From NCBI GenBank assembly GCA_031414955.1, contig JANOQV010000210.1, positions 1 through 64,000 of the forward strand: a stretch of DNA of 64,000 bases. Reading direction: 5' to 3'. The notes under the pieces were generated by a model. It worked only from the letters and a program-made list of their open reading frames with translations, made no database searches and had not been told where the DNA came from. Below, piece after piece: positions 22,123 to 31,925 of the stretch (within the stretch, counting starts at the first letter, position 1; every line of letters begins with the position of its first letter). Source of the DNA: Pedosphaera sp. (GTDB lineage Bacteria > Verrucomicrobiota > Verrucomicrobiia > Limisphaerales > SIBH01). Position numbers and translations under genes: made by a program.

Positions 22123-22744
22123 ATACACGCTGCTGGCGATCAGTTCGCTGTTCGTGATCGTGGATCCGATCGCCGTGGTGCCGTCCTTCCTGGCCATGAC
22201 TTCGGAGGCCACGCCGAGCCAGCGCGTCCGCATGGCGCGGCTGGCCTGCTTCATCATGGTGCTGGTGTTGGGTGCGTTCGCGATTCTCGGCGAACGCATC
22301 CTGAAGTTTCTCGGCATCGATCTGCCGGCCTTTCAAATCGCGGGCGGCATCGTGCTGCTGCTCGTGGCGCTCGACATGTTGCGCGCGCAGCGCTCGCGCG
22401 TGCAGGAAACGCGCGAGGAGACGGCGGCCGGATCGGCCAAGGACGACATCGCGGTCACGCCGCTGGCCATTCCCATGCTGGCTGGGCCGGGCGCAATCTC
22501 GACCGCCATCCTGCTGCACAACAAGGCCGCGTCGTTCCTGGAGGAGGCATTGCTCTGCGTCGCCATCGTCCTGGTGGGGGCCGCGAGTTACGTCATTCTG
22601 CACTTCTCGGCTCATGGAGCGCGCTGGCTGAACCCCATCGTGATGCGCATCACCACGCGCATCATGGGATTGCTGCTCGCCGCGGTGGCGGTGCAGTTCA
22701 TTGTGAAGGCGTTGGAAGCACTGCGGATTCTGCCCCAGGCTTGA
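22109..22744 (+). CDS. MarC family membrane protein
   Basis: LFVIVDP, FQIAGGI, PLAIPMLAGPGAI, RIMGLLLAA. Confidence 0.93.
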   Translation: MTTVEYTLLAISSLFVIVDPIAVVPSFLAMTSEATPSQRVRMARLACFIMVLVLGAFAILGERILKFLGIDLPAFQIAGGIVLLLVALDMLRAQRSRVQETREETAAGSAKDDIAVTPLAIPMLAGPGAISTAILLHNKAASFLEEALLCVAIVLVGAASYVILHFSAHGARWLNPIVMRITTRIMGLLLAAVAVQFIVKALEALRILPQA

Positions 22745-22763
22745 ATGCCTGCGTGCGCGCGGC

Positions 22764-23861
22764 TCAGGCCCGCGAATTCTCTGCGGTGCTGGTCGGCTCC
22801 ACGTTCGCGACCACTTTGAAGCGCGCCATCACGCTGGTCATTACCCCAGGTGTGGACTCCAGGAGGAGATCGGCCCCGTGCGCCAGCGCGATGGAGCGCG
22901 CGATGCTCAGGCCCAGGCCGGTTCCCTCCGCCTCGTTGGCCGTGGCGGCCTGGCCGCGAAAGAACCGGTCGAAGGCGCGGGGCAATTCATGCGCGCGCAG
23001 ACCGGCGCCAGTATTCGTGACGCGCAATTCCACCGTGGCTCCCTCATTCGTCAGGCCGAGAGAAATCACCCCGCCAGGCTGGTTGTGCTTGATGGCGTTG
23101 TCCGTGAGGATGAGCAGCAACTGCCGCAACCGGTGCCGGTCGCCATTGACCGTGGCCGGGTCGCACTGGGGGAGTTCCGCCTTCAACTGCCCCTGCAAGG
23201 CCAGCACCTGTGCGTCGGCGTGCGCCTCACGGACGAGTTCATCCAGTTGCACTGGCTCCTGTCGAAAGGCCATCAGCCCGCTGTCCGCCTTGGTGAGAAA
23301 AGTCAGGTCATCGACGACTTGGGCGAGGCGCTCGACTTCATCGAGCAGACTGGCGGCGCGTTCCAACTCCTGGGCCGAGGCCCCGGGCTGCTGCAAGGTC
23401 AACTCAAGTTCTCCGCGAATCACCGCCAGCGGCGTTTTCAATTCATGCGAGGCATGCAGGGTGAACTGGCGCACGCGCTCGAACGATTGATCGAGCCGGG
23501 CCGTCATGGCGTTGAACACCCGCGTGAGACGCGCCACTTCGTCGTCCGATACGCCGACCGGCAGTTGCTGCTTGAGATTACCGGCGTGGATGTTCTCCGC
23601 GGCAGCGGTCAGTTGTTCCAAGGGCTGAAAAGCTTTGCGCGCCAGCCACCATCCCCCCGCGAGGGCCAGCAGGAGCGAGGGCAGCCCGGCGAAGAGGGCG
23701 ATTTCCAAATTCTCTTCCCAAACCGGATCGGACGGCTGCTGCGCCCGTGACCGCGCCGGCCCCTCGATCATGAACTCGTAGTAGGTCAACGCCGAGACCG
23801 CGACGAGTGACACAAGGAGGACGCAGGCATACCAGACCGTCAGGCGGGTGCGAATGCTCAC
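22764..23861 (-). CDS. Heavy-metal (CusS-like) sensor histidine kinase
   Basis: SIRTRLTVWY, HAMP, ASHELKTPL, N box DNAIKH, GTGLGLSI. GTG start overlaps the stop of the regulator gene. Confidence 0.92.
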   Translation of the reverse strand: MSIRTRLTVWYACVLLVSLVAVSALTYYEFMIEGPARSRAQQPSDPVWEENLEIALFAGLPSLLLALAGGWWLARKAFQPLEQLTAAAENIHAGNLKQQLPVGVSDDEVARLTRVFNAMTARLDQSFERVRQFTLHASHELKTPLAVIRGELELTLQQPGASAQELERAASLLDEVERLAQVVDDLTFLTKADSGLMAFRQEPVQLDELVREAHADAQVLALQGQLKAELPQCDPATVNGDRHRLRQLLLILTDNAIKHNQPGGVISLGLTNEGATVELRVTNTGAGLRAHELPRAFDRFFRGQAATANEAEGTGLGLSIARSIALAHGADLLLESTPGVMTSVMARFKVVANVEPTSTAENSRA

Positions 23862-24532
23862 GCGCCACCTTTCATCACGTAACCGACGCCACGCACGGTG
23901 TGGAGCAGCTTCGGCTCGAAGCCCGTGTCCATCTTGTCCCGCAGTCGGCGGATGTAAACATCGACCAGGTTCGTGCCCGGATCGAAATGATAGTCCCAGA
24001 CCTTTTCCAGAAGTTGCATCCGGCCACAAACGCGATTCTGCGAGCTGAGCAGAAACTCGAGCAACCGATATTCGCGATTGGTCAGGACCATGCGCTTGCC
24101 GCCGCGCACCACCTCGCGGGTCAGGATGTCCACGGTCAGATCGCACAAGACCAGCCGCGCCGGCTGAACCTCGCTCGCCCGCCGCCCCAGCGCGCGCACG
24201 CGGGCCACGAGTTCACCGAGGGCAAAGGGCTTGGGCAGATAGTCATCCGCGCCGGCGTTCAATCCGTCGATGCGCTCCTCCACCTGTCCACGCGCCGAGA
24301 GCAAGAGCACCGGAATCATAATCCGCCGTTGGCGCATCTCGCGCAGCATGCTCAGGCCGTCCCGTCCCGGCAGCATGATGTCGAGCACCACGGCGTCGAA
24401 CGGAGTCGTGAGCACGGAGGTGATTCCTTCCTCGCCGGTGTGGACGACATCCACGGCCAGGCTTTCGGCTTCCAAGGCCCGCCGGATGAACGAGGCCATC
24501 TTCTTCTCATCTTCGACCACAAGCACGCGCAT
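23858..24532 (-). CDS. OmpR/CusR-family response regulator
   Basis: MRVLVVEDE, LDIMLPG, GADDYLPKPF, TNLVDVYIRRLR, LLHTVRGVGY. Confidence 0.95.
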   Translation of the reverse strand: MRVLVVEDEKKMASFIRRALEAESLAVDVVHTGEEGITSVLTTPFDAVVLDIMLPGRDGLSMLREMRQRRIMIPVLLLSARGQVEERIDGLNAGADDYLPKPFALGELVARVRALGRRASEVQPARLVLCDLTVDILTREVVRGGKRMVLTNREYRLLEFLLSSQNRVCGRMQLLEKVWDYHFDPGTNLVDVYIRRLRDKMDTGFEPKLLHTVRGVGYVMKGGA

Positions 24533-24662
24533 GATTGGAGTGGAGACTGCCCCGGAGCCTGGCGGCGCGCAAGTTTGGCCGGGGTGGATTGGAACGGTCG
24601 TTAGCCCTGTGATCATTCCCGCGATTGAACCAGGTGCGGATGACAGCCCCATTCGCGGCGTG

Positions 24663-24678
24663 GTGACGAAGTTGTCAT
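24663..24678. promoter_or_regulatory. CusR/CopR-type operator box between the divergent regulator and efflux operons
   Basis: GTGACGAAGTTGTCAT resembles the ATGACA-N4-TGTCAT cop/cus box. Confidence 0.6.
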
Positions 24679-24723
24679 GCGGCGCAGCTTGAAGTCGCTG
24701 CGTGCTTTGACACAATCCCCCTC

Positions 24724-26133
24724 TTGAACTTGAAACATGGAGCCATGCTTTGTCTGGCGGGTGCTGGCCTCGCCGGCTGCGTCCGGTTTGAGGACAAGCC
24801 CTTGTCGGCTGCCCAAAGCGCCGGCCGTTTCGAGTCCCGCTCGCTGGCGGACACGAACTTCAAGGCGTTCCTCGAAACGAATCTTCAGCACACCCTCGCG
24901 GAGTGGCCGATCACAAATCTGGATTTCCCCACGCTCACGCTGGCCGCGTTTTATTTTCATCCCACGCTTGATGTGGCGCGCGCGCAGTGGGCCGTGGCGC
25001 GTGGCGGCGAAACGACGGCGGGGGCGCGGCCCAATCCAGTGCTCAACGTCGTGCCGGGTTACAGCGCGGACGCGCCCAAGGGCGTGTCGCCGTGGTTCCC
25101 GAGCGTGACGCTCGACATCCCGATCGAGACAGCGGGGAAGCGCGGGCATCGCATCGCGCGGGCTCAACAACTTTCGGAGGTGTCGCGACTGAACATCTCG
25201 ACTGCAGCCTGGGCGGTGCGCAGCGGCGTGCGCCTGGCGCTCGTGGAATTCGCGACCGTGGCGCGGCGCAGCGAAGTGCTGGGCCGGAATACCTTGTGGC
25301 AACAGCGCGTAACGGAACTGCTGGAGCAGCGCCTCGCAGCGGGGGCGATCAGTGCGACGGAGGTCTGGCCGGCTCGCGTGACGCTGGTGAAGTGGCGCGC
25401 TGAACTCACGGAGGCGCGGCGGCAAGTGGCCGAGGCGCGGGCGAAGATTGCGGAGTCGCTCGGGCTGCCGGCGCGCGCGCTCGACGGACTCGATTTCACG
25501 TTTGACCTCGGCCAGACGGCGGACGCCGCGCTGCTGTCGGCGGAGGCACGGCGCGAGGCTTTGCTCGGCCGTGCGGATGTTCTGGCGCTGCTGGCTGAAT
25601 ACGCGGCGAGCCAATCGGCGCTGCAACTCGAAATCGCGAAGCAGTATCCCGACCTGCACTTCAATCCCGGCTATCAGTGGGATCAGGGCGAGGACAAATG
25701 GTCGCTGGGATTGTCGGTTGAATTGCCCGTGCTTTATCGCAACCAAGGCGGCATCGCCGAAGCGAAGGCCAGGCGCGATGAGGTGGCGGCGCGATTCATG
25801 GCGCTCCAGGCGAAGGTGATTTCCGAAATCGACCGCGCGCTCTTGAGTCGTTCGGCGGCCATCGAACAACTCAGGCAACTGGAAGAACTCGTCAGTGTAC
25901 AGCGCCAGCAAATCGGGCAAATCGAAGCGTCGTTCCAGGCCGGCGCGGCGGACCAGTTGGATCTGGCCACAGCGCGCGTGGAGTTCGCCGCCACTGAACT
26001 GGCCCGGCTTGACGCGCTCGCCAAGCAGCAGCAGGCCATCGGCTGGCTCGAAGACGCCTTGCAACGTCCCTTCGAGGCGCTGCGGAAGGTGGAGCGCGGA
26101 CGTGACATTCAATCAACAACGCAAACACCGTGA
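24724..26133 (+). CDS. TolC-family outer membrane efflux lipoprotein (CusC/CzcC-like)
   Basis: LAGC lipobox, ARPNP, IETAGKRG, QYPDL, ELPVLYRNQG. Start may be ATG 24745. Confidence 0.9.
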   Translation: MNLKHGAMLCLAGAGLAGCVRFEDKPLSAAQSAGRFESRSLADTNFKAFLETNLQHTLAEWPITNLDFPTLTLAAFYFHPTLDVARAQWAVARGGETTAGARPNPVLNVVPGYSADAPKGVSPWFPSVTLDIPIETAGKRGHRIARAQQLSEVSRLNISTAAWAVRSGVRLALVEFATVARRSEVLGRNTLWQQRVTELLEQRLAAGAISATEVWPARVTLVKWRAELTEARRQVAEARAKIAESLGLPARALDGLDFTFDLGQTADAALLSAEARREALLGRADVLALLAEYAASQSALQLEIAKQYPDLHFNPGYQWDQGEDKWSLGLSVELPVLYRNQGGIAEAKARRDEVAARFMALQAKVISEIDRALLSRSAAIEQLRQLEELVSVQRQQIGQIEASFQAGAADQLDLATARVEFAATELARLDALAKQQQAIGWLEDALQRPFEALRKVERGRDIQSTTQTP

Positions 26134-27134
26134 AAAAAATCATCATCATCACTGTCGTGCTCGCGCTTCTGTCGGGCGGATTGATTGTCGCCTACCGCGA
26201 AATGAGCAAGGAGCGCGCGCTGGAAATGCAGGGCGAAGCGCCCGTCATTCCCGAGTCCAGAGTCAAACGCTCCGGCTCCGAAGTCATCGTGACGCTGGAT
26301 GCCGGAACGCAACAGCGCCTCGCCCTCAAAACGGAATCGCCCGCCGCCACCAACCTCAGCCCGGAAGTCAAAGGCTACGGGCGCGTCCTCGACCCCGCAC
26401 CGCTCGTGGCGGCGGTCCTGGAACTCGCCCCCGCGCAGGCGGTGCTCGACGCGTCGCGCAAGGAATTGGAGCGGGTGAAAATTTTGCGCGCCCAGGAAAA
26501 CGCATCCGCCCGCGTCCTGGAAGTGGCCGAACTGGCGGTGCGCCGCGATGAACTGGCTCTCACTGCCGCCCACACCCGGCTGGGGCTCGGCTGGGACAAG
26601 AGCGTTCTCGGGCGGAAAGATTTGCGCGCCTTCACCCGTTCTCTGGGCGAGAGAGAAACCGCCTTGGTGCGAGTTGAACTTCCTGCGGGCGAAGGATTGC
26701 ACGCGCCGCCGGCCAGCGCGCGTCTGGTCACGCTGGCGGAGGCGAATGCTGTTATCGTCGCACAACTTCTCGGGCCGGCCACGGATGTGGACCCGCAGAC
26801 GCAGGGACAGGGCTTCCTATTCCTCGCGGAGAACGGGGCCGCGAAACTGACGCCGGGCGCGATGGTCACGGCCTTTCTCCCGACCGGCGGCGCGGTGCAG
26901 ACGGGCGTGGTCGTGCCGCGCGACGCGGTGCTGCGCGCGGAGGGCCGGGCCTGGGTCTTCGTGCAAACCGGTGCCGAGACGTTTGTGCGGCGCGAGATTT
27001 CGCTGGAGCACCCGCTGGCCACCGGATGGTTCGTGGCGCGCGGAGTGGCGGCTTCGGACAAGCTCGTGGTGACGGGCGCGCAGGCCCTGCTGTCCGAGGA
27101 ACTCAAGGCGCAGATTCCGAAGATGGCCGACTAA
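26130..27134 (+). CDS. RND efflux periplasmic adaptor (CusB/CzcB-like)
   Basis: N-terminal TM, coiled-coil hairpin, VVPRDAV, VVTGAQALLSEE. Lies between the TolC and RND genes. Confidence 0.85.
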   Translation: MKKIIIITVVLALLSGGLIVAYREMSKERALEMQGEAPVIPESRVKRSGSEVIVTLDAGTQQRLALKTESPAATNLSPEVKGYGRVLDPAPLVAAVLELAPAQAVLDASRKELERVKILRAQENASARVLEVAELAVRRDELALTAAHTRLGLGWDKSVLGRKDLRAFTRSLGERETALVRVELPAGEGLHAPPASARLVTLAEANAVIVAQLLGPATDVDPQTQGQGFLFLAENGAAKLTPGAMVTAFLPTGGAVQTGVVVPRDAVLRAEGRAWVFVQTGAETFVRREISLEHPLATGWFVARGVAASDKLVVTGAQALLSEELKAQIPKMAD

Positions 27135-27144
27135 ACGCCGCGCC

Positions 27145-30100
27145 ATGATCAACTCCCTCATTCAATTCTCGCTGCGCTTTCGGGGCGTCGTCGTCGGGCT
27201 GGCCCTGCTGGTGATGGGCTACGGGCTGTACGTCGCGTTCCACACCAAGCTCGACGTGTTCCCGGAATTCGCGCCGCCGCAAATCAACATCCAGACCGAG
27301 GCGCCGGGCCTGTCGCCGGAGGAGGTCGAGCAACTCGTCACGCGCCCCATCGAGACCGCGCTCAATGGCGCGCCCAAGCTGGCGGCCATTCGCTCGCAAT
27401 CCATCCAAGGTCTCTCCGCCGTCACGGTCGTGTTCGAGGATGATGCCGACGTTTTCCTCGTGCGTCAGATGACGAGCGAACGGCTGACCGAAGTCGCCGG
27501 CCTGCTGCCGCAAGGCGTCAAGCCGCCGAAGATGGGACCGCTGACTTCATCGACCAGCCTCACGCTGGTTCTCGGCCTCACTTCCACCAACCGCTCGCAG
27601 ATGGAGATTCGCACTTTCGCCGACTGGACGGCGCGGCCGCGTTTGCTCGGCGTGCCGGGCGTGGCCAAGGTGGATGTTTTCGGCGGCGAGATTCGCCAGT
27701 TTCAGATTCAGGTGAGGCCGGACCGTCTCATCGCGCACCAACTCGCTCTCGACGACGTGGTGAGCGCGACGCGGAAAGCCACGGGCCTGCGCGGCGCAGG
27801 CTTCATCGAGAATGCGAACCAGCGCATCGTGTTGCGGACGATTGGGCAGGCCATCACGCCGGCGGAACTGGGTGAAGTGGTGGTGACGCCGCGCGCGGGC
27901 GTGGGAGCGAGCCTGCGCTTGAAGGATGTGGCCGATGTGGTTGAGGGCGCGGAACCGAAGTTTGGTGATGCCCAAATCAACGGCACGCCCGGAGTCATCC
28001 TCCTCGTCTGGGGCCAGTACGGCGCGAACACCATGGACGTGACGGCCGCGACGGAGAGCGCGCTTGATGAGATGAAGGGCGCGTTCGCCTCGGCGGGCAT
28101 CACCTTGCAGCCGCGTTTGTTTCGCCCGGCCAGTTTCATCGAAGCCTCGTTGCGCAACATCAATCTCTCGCTCGCCGTGGGCGGCGCGCTGGTCGGAGTC
28201 GTACTATTCCTGTTTCTGCTCGACTGGCGCACGGCGTTCATTTCGTTTCTGTCTATTCCGCTTTCGTTGCTCGCCGCTGTCCTCGTGCTCGACCGCTTCG
28301 GAGTGTCGTTGAACACACTCACCCTCGGCGGATTCGCCATCGCCATCGGCGTGGTCGTGGATGACGCCATCATCGACGTGGAAAACATCCTGCGCCGGCT
28401 GCGGGAGAATCTATTGCGGCCCAGTCCGCGTCCGCTTTTCCGCGTCGTGCTCGATGCGTCGCTCGAAGTCCGCAGCGCCGTCGTCTATGCGACCTTCATC
28501 GTGGCGCTGGTGTTCCTACCGGTGCTGATGATGTCCGGCGTGCAGGGGCGTCTCTTTGCGCCGCTGGCCACGGCGTTCATTCTCGCCATCCTGGCGTCGC
28601 TTCTGGTCGCGCTCACGGTCACGCCCGCGCTCTGTTACCTGATGTTGTCGCGCACGGCACCGCACAGCGAGCCGCGTTACGTGCGCTGGCTCAAGGAGCG
28701 TCATCGGCGCTCGCTCGAAGGCGTGAGCCGGTTTCCGAAAACAGTCATGGCCCTGGTGCTGGTGCTCTACGCGGGGGCGGCGGCGACGCTGCCGTTCTTT
28801 GGCGGCGAATTTCTGCCCGAGTTCCGCGAAGGCCATTTTGTCGTCCACATGGCGGCGGTGCCCGGCACGTCGCTCGATGAATCGATGCGGCTGGGCCGGC
28901 AGGTCACGGAGGAGTTGCTGAAGAACAAACACATCCGCTCGGTGGCGCAGCAGGCGGGCCGGGCGGAGAACGGCGAGGACACTTGGGGCACGCACTTGAG
29001 CGAGTTTCATGTGGAGTTGAATCCGGTGAGCGGCGAGGAGGCGGAGTTCATTCCCGGTGAGATTCGCGAAGCCCTGCTGAAGTTTCCCGGACTAACCTTC
29101 AAAATCATGCCCTTCCTCGTCGAGCGCATGGAAGAGACAATTTCCGGCGCGAGCGCGCAGGTCGTCGTCAACGTCTTCGGCAGCGACCTTGATGCACTCG
29201 ACCGCAAGGCCGCCGAGATTCGCGCGGTCGTCAGCGGAGTGAAGGGCGCGGTCGATGTGGAAGTGGAGTCGCAAGGTTCGTCGCCGGAAATGGTGGTGCG
29301 CCTGCGTCCGGAGCGGCTGCGGCAGTTCGGTTTTCAGCCGGTCGATGTGCTTGAAGCGGTGCAGACCGCGTACCAGGGCGCGGATGTGGCGCAGACTTAC
29401 GACGGCAACCGGGTGTTCGACGTGGCGGTGATTCTCGATCCGGCCAGCCGCCGCGAACCGGAAAGCGTCGGTTCGCTCCTGCTCCGCAATGCCCAGGGCT
29501 TGCGGATGCCGCTGCGCGAACTCGCGGACATCGAACCGGGCACGGGCCGCTACGTCGTGGTGCATGAAGGCGCGCAACGCCGCCAGCAAGTCACCTGCAA
29601 CGTCGAGGGCCGAGACATCGCGTCCTTCGTCGCCGAGTTGAAACGCCAGGTGACAGCCCAAGTGGATTTCCCCACCGGAGTTTATCCCGTCTATGGTGGC
29701 TCCGCCGAAGCGCAGACCCACGCCCGTCGTGAATTACTTCTTCACTCGGCGCTGGCCGGGGTCGGCATCGTGCTGCTGCTGGCGATGGTGTTTCGCAGCG
29801 GACGCAACCTGTCGCTCGTGCTGGTGAATCTCCCGTTCGCGCTGGTGGGCGGCGTGCTGGCCATCTTTGCCAGCGGGGGACTGCTCTCCGTCGGTTCGCT
29901 CATCGGACTGGTCACGCTTTTCGGCATCACGATGCGAAATTCCATCATGATGATTTCTCATTTCGAGCACCTGGTGGCTGAAGAAGGTCTGACGTGGAAT
30001 CTCGCGACGGCGATGCGCGGAGCCTCGGAGCGGCTCCTGCCGATCCTGATGACGGCGCTGGTGACCGGACTGGGGCTGTTGCCGATCGCGATTGGCTCAG

Positions 30101-30267
30101 GAGAGGCCGGGCACGAAATCGAAGGTCCAATGGCCATCGTCATTCTCGGCGGCTTGATTACCTCCACGCTCCTGAACCTGCTCGTGCTTCCCGCGCTGAC
30201 GGTGAGATTTGGCCGCTTTGAGCGCCCGGCGAAGGCCGATTCAGTCGCCATGACCAACGAGAATTAA
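27145..30267 (+). CDS. CusA/CzcA-family heavy-metal RND permease
   Basis: LDVFPEFAPP, GVVVDDAIIDVENI, ERLLPILMTAL, EIEGPMA; 1040 aa. Confidence 0.95.
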   Translation: MINSLIQFSLRFRGVVVGLALLVMGYGLYVAFHTKLDVFPEFAPPQINIQTEAPGLSPEEVEQLVTRPIETALNGAPKLAAIRSQSIQGLSAVTVVFEDDADVFLVRQMTSERLTEVAGLLPQGVKPPKMGPLTSSTSLTLVLGLTSTNRSQMEIRTFADWTARPRLLGVPGVAKVDVFGGEIRQFQIQVRPDRLIAHQLALDDVVSATRKATGLRGAGFIENANQRIVLRTIGQAITPAELGEVVVTPRAGVGASLRLKDVADVVEGAEPKFGDAQINGTPGVILLVWGQYGANTMDVTAATESALDEMKGAFASAGITLQPRLFRPASFIEASLRNINLSLAVGGALVGVVLFLFLLDWRTAFISFLSIPLSLLAAVLVLDRFGVSLNTLTLGGFAIAIGVVVDDAIIDVENILRRLRENLLRPSPRPLFRVVLDASLEVRSAVVYATFIVALVFLPVLMMSGVQGRLFAPLATAFILAILASLLVALTVTPALCYLMLSRTAPHSEPRYVRWLKERHRRSLEGVSRFPKTVMALVLVLYAGAAATLPFFGGEFLPEFREGHFVVHMAAVPGTSLDESMRLGRQVTEELLKNKHIRSVAQQAGRAENGEDTWGTHLSEFHVELNPVSGEEAEFIPGEIREALLKFPGLTFKIMPFLVERMEETISGASAQVVVNVFGSDLDALDRKAAEIRAVVSGVKGAVDVEVESQGSSPEMVVRLRPERLRQFGFQPVDVLEAVQTAYQGADVAQTYDGNRVFDVAVILDPASRREPESVGSLLLRNAQGLRMPLRELADIEPGTGRYVVVHEGAQRRQQVTCNVEGRDIASFVAELKRQVTAQVDFPTGVYPVYGGSAEAQTHARRELLLHSALAGVGIVLLLAMVFRSGRNLSLVLVNLPFALVGGVLAIFASGGLLSVGSLIGLVTLFGITMRNSIMMISHFEHLVAEEGLTWNLATAMRGASERLLPILMTALVTGLGLLPIAIGSGEAGHEIEGPMAIVILGGLITSTLLNLLVLPALTVRFGRFERPAKADSVAMTNEN

Positions 30268-30399
30268 CGACGAGGAACTGCGGAGCGACGGCCTGGAAAA
30301 ATCCATTATGGACGGCGTAGCCCAGTGCAATCCGTTCTCAACGGCTCTGTTCGAGTTTAGCCCCCTGTGCTGCCAATCCTCTGGCGACACTTGGGCATG

Positions 30400-30426
30400 A
30401 AAAAGCTGCGGTCTTGCGACCGCCGC
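30400..30426 (-). terminator. Intrinsic terminator after rplI
   Basis: Minus strand GCGGCGGTC-GCAA-GACCGCAGC-TTTTT. Confidence 0.7.
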
Positions 30427-30455
30427 CAGTCAGGAAAATCATTCCAGATCGCTGG

Positions 30456-31061
30456 TTATTTTTTCTCGACGCGCTTGGCTTTGGTTTCTGGCTTGGCCTC
30501 GTCCGCCTTGCCGGCAGGACGACTGCCGCGCTTCTCGCTCACGCGGCTGTCGCGTTTGCCATCATCCCGCACCCCAGGAGCAGCGGCTTCGGGCTGGGGC
30601 AACGGGTGGTCGCTATCGATGCGGACCTTCATCGAGGTGGTGACCTCCGGATGCAGGCGCAGGGACACCTCATGCTCGCCGAGAGTCTTGAGCGGATGTT
30701 CGAGGTGAATCTTTTTCTTGTCCAGAGTGATGTCAAACTGAGCTTTAAGCGCATCGGCGATGCTGCCCGAGGTCACGGAGCCAAACATCTTCCCGTCGTC
30801 GCCCGTCTTCATGATGATGACAGCGATGAGCTTGGAGATGCTCTTGGACATCTCGCTCATGGTGTTGAACTCATGGGCCTCGCGCTCGGCGCGACGTTGG
30901 CGCAGCACATCGAGACGGCGTTTGTTGGCACTGCTCACCGGCACGGCCAAGCCCTGCGGGAAGAGATAGTTGCGCGCGTAACCCGCGGCGACCTTAACAT
31001 TGTCGGATTCACCGCCGAGTCCGACGATGTTGTGAGTAAGGATGACTTCAGTCTTGGGCAT
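30456..31061 (-). CDS. rplI: 50S ribosomal protein L9 with a charged C-terminal extension
   Basis: VKVAAGYARNYLFPQGLA, KMFGSVT, LKTLGEH. Confidence 0.97.
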   Translation of the reverse strand: MPKTEVILTHNIVGLGGESDNVKVAAGYARNYLFPQGLAVPVSSANKRRLDVLRQRRAEREAHEFNTMSEMSKSISKLIAVIIMKTGDDGKMFGSVTSGSIADALKAQFDITLDKKKIHLEHPLKTLGEHEVSLRLHPEVTTSMKVRIDSDHPLPQPEAAAPGVRDDGKRDSRVSEKRGSRPAGKADEAKPETKAKRVEKK

Positions 31062-31097
31062 AAATTGTTGAGAGTTGAAAATTGAGATTTGAGAGAC

Positions 31098-31586
31098 TCA
31101 AAAGGGAACGTCGTCGCCTTCGTGAGGCGGTGCATCGGGTTCAGAGTCCCCGGCGGGCGCGGAAGCCGCGGCCACAGCAGGGCGCGCGGGACGCGACGCC
31201 GCGGGAGCGGAGGGAATGGACGTGGCGGAACCACCCTCACCGCTGTCGCTGCGGTTTGAGTCGATGAAAGTGAACCCCTCCAGGACCACCTTGATCTTGC
31301 TCTGTTTCTGGTGCGTGTTCTTGTCTTCCCAAGTGTCCTGCTTGAGGCGTCCCTCCACCAGCAACGGACGGCCCTTCTTCATGAACTGGCCGATCACTTC
31401 AGCCTGCCGGCCAAAAGCGTCCACGTCGATGAAACTGACCTCTTCCTTGGTCTCGCCCGTTTCGGTTTTCCACTTCCGATTCACAGCCAGAGCGAATTGG
31501 GCAATGGCGGTGCCCTTGGGCGTGTAACGCAATTCGGGATCCCGGGTCAGGTTCCCGGCGATGATCACTTTGTTGAAACTGGCCAT
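31098..31586 (-). CDS. ssb: Single-stranded DNA-binding protein
   Basis: NKVIIAGNLTRDPELRYTP; C-terminal DDVPF. Confidence 0.98.
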   Translation of the reverse strand: MASFNKVIIAGNLTRDPELRYTPKGTAIAQFALAVNRKWKTETGETKEEVSFIDVDAFGRQAEVIGQFMKKGRPLLVEGRLKQDTWEDKNTHQKQSKIKVVLEGFTFIDSNRSDSGEGGSATSIPSAPAASRPARPAVAAASAPAGDSEPDAPPHEGDDVPF

Positions 31587-31601
31587 GCTGTCTCCGCTGG
31601 A

Positions 31602-31910
31602 TTACTTCTTCGCTTCGACCGGGGCCGGAGCGTCGCTGAACAGGACGCGGAAAACGTCGCTGTTCATCCCGAGTTTGGTCCGCAGCGGCGCAAGAGCACC
31701 GGGAGCGATCTCGAAAATGAAGTTGGCGTAGAAGCCCGAAGTATTGCGCTTGTCGGCAATGCGCGCGAAGGGGCGCTTGTCCATCTTCTGCACGGTCTCG
31801 ACCTTGCCGCCCGCAGCGGAAATATCAGCCGTAATGACATCAATGATTTCCTTGATGCCCTCTTCTTTGCTCGTGTTGTTCAAGATGAACAGACCTTCGT
31901 ATCGTTTCAT
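31602..31910 (-). CDS. rpsF: 30S ribosomal protein S6
   Basis: MKRYEGLFIL...; position upstream of ssb. Confidence 0.93.
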   Translation of the reverse strand: MKRYEGLFILNNTSKEEGIKEIIDVITADISAAGGKVETVQKMDKRPFARIADKRNTSGFYANFIFEIAPGALAPLRTKLGMNSDVFRVLFSDAPAPVEAKK

Positions 31911-31925
31911 GCTTCTGGCTTTTCG

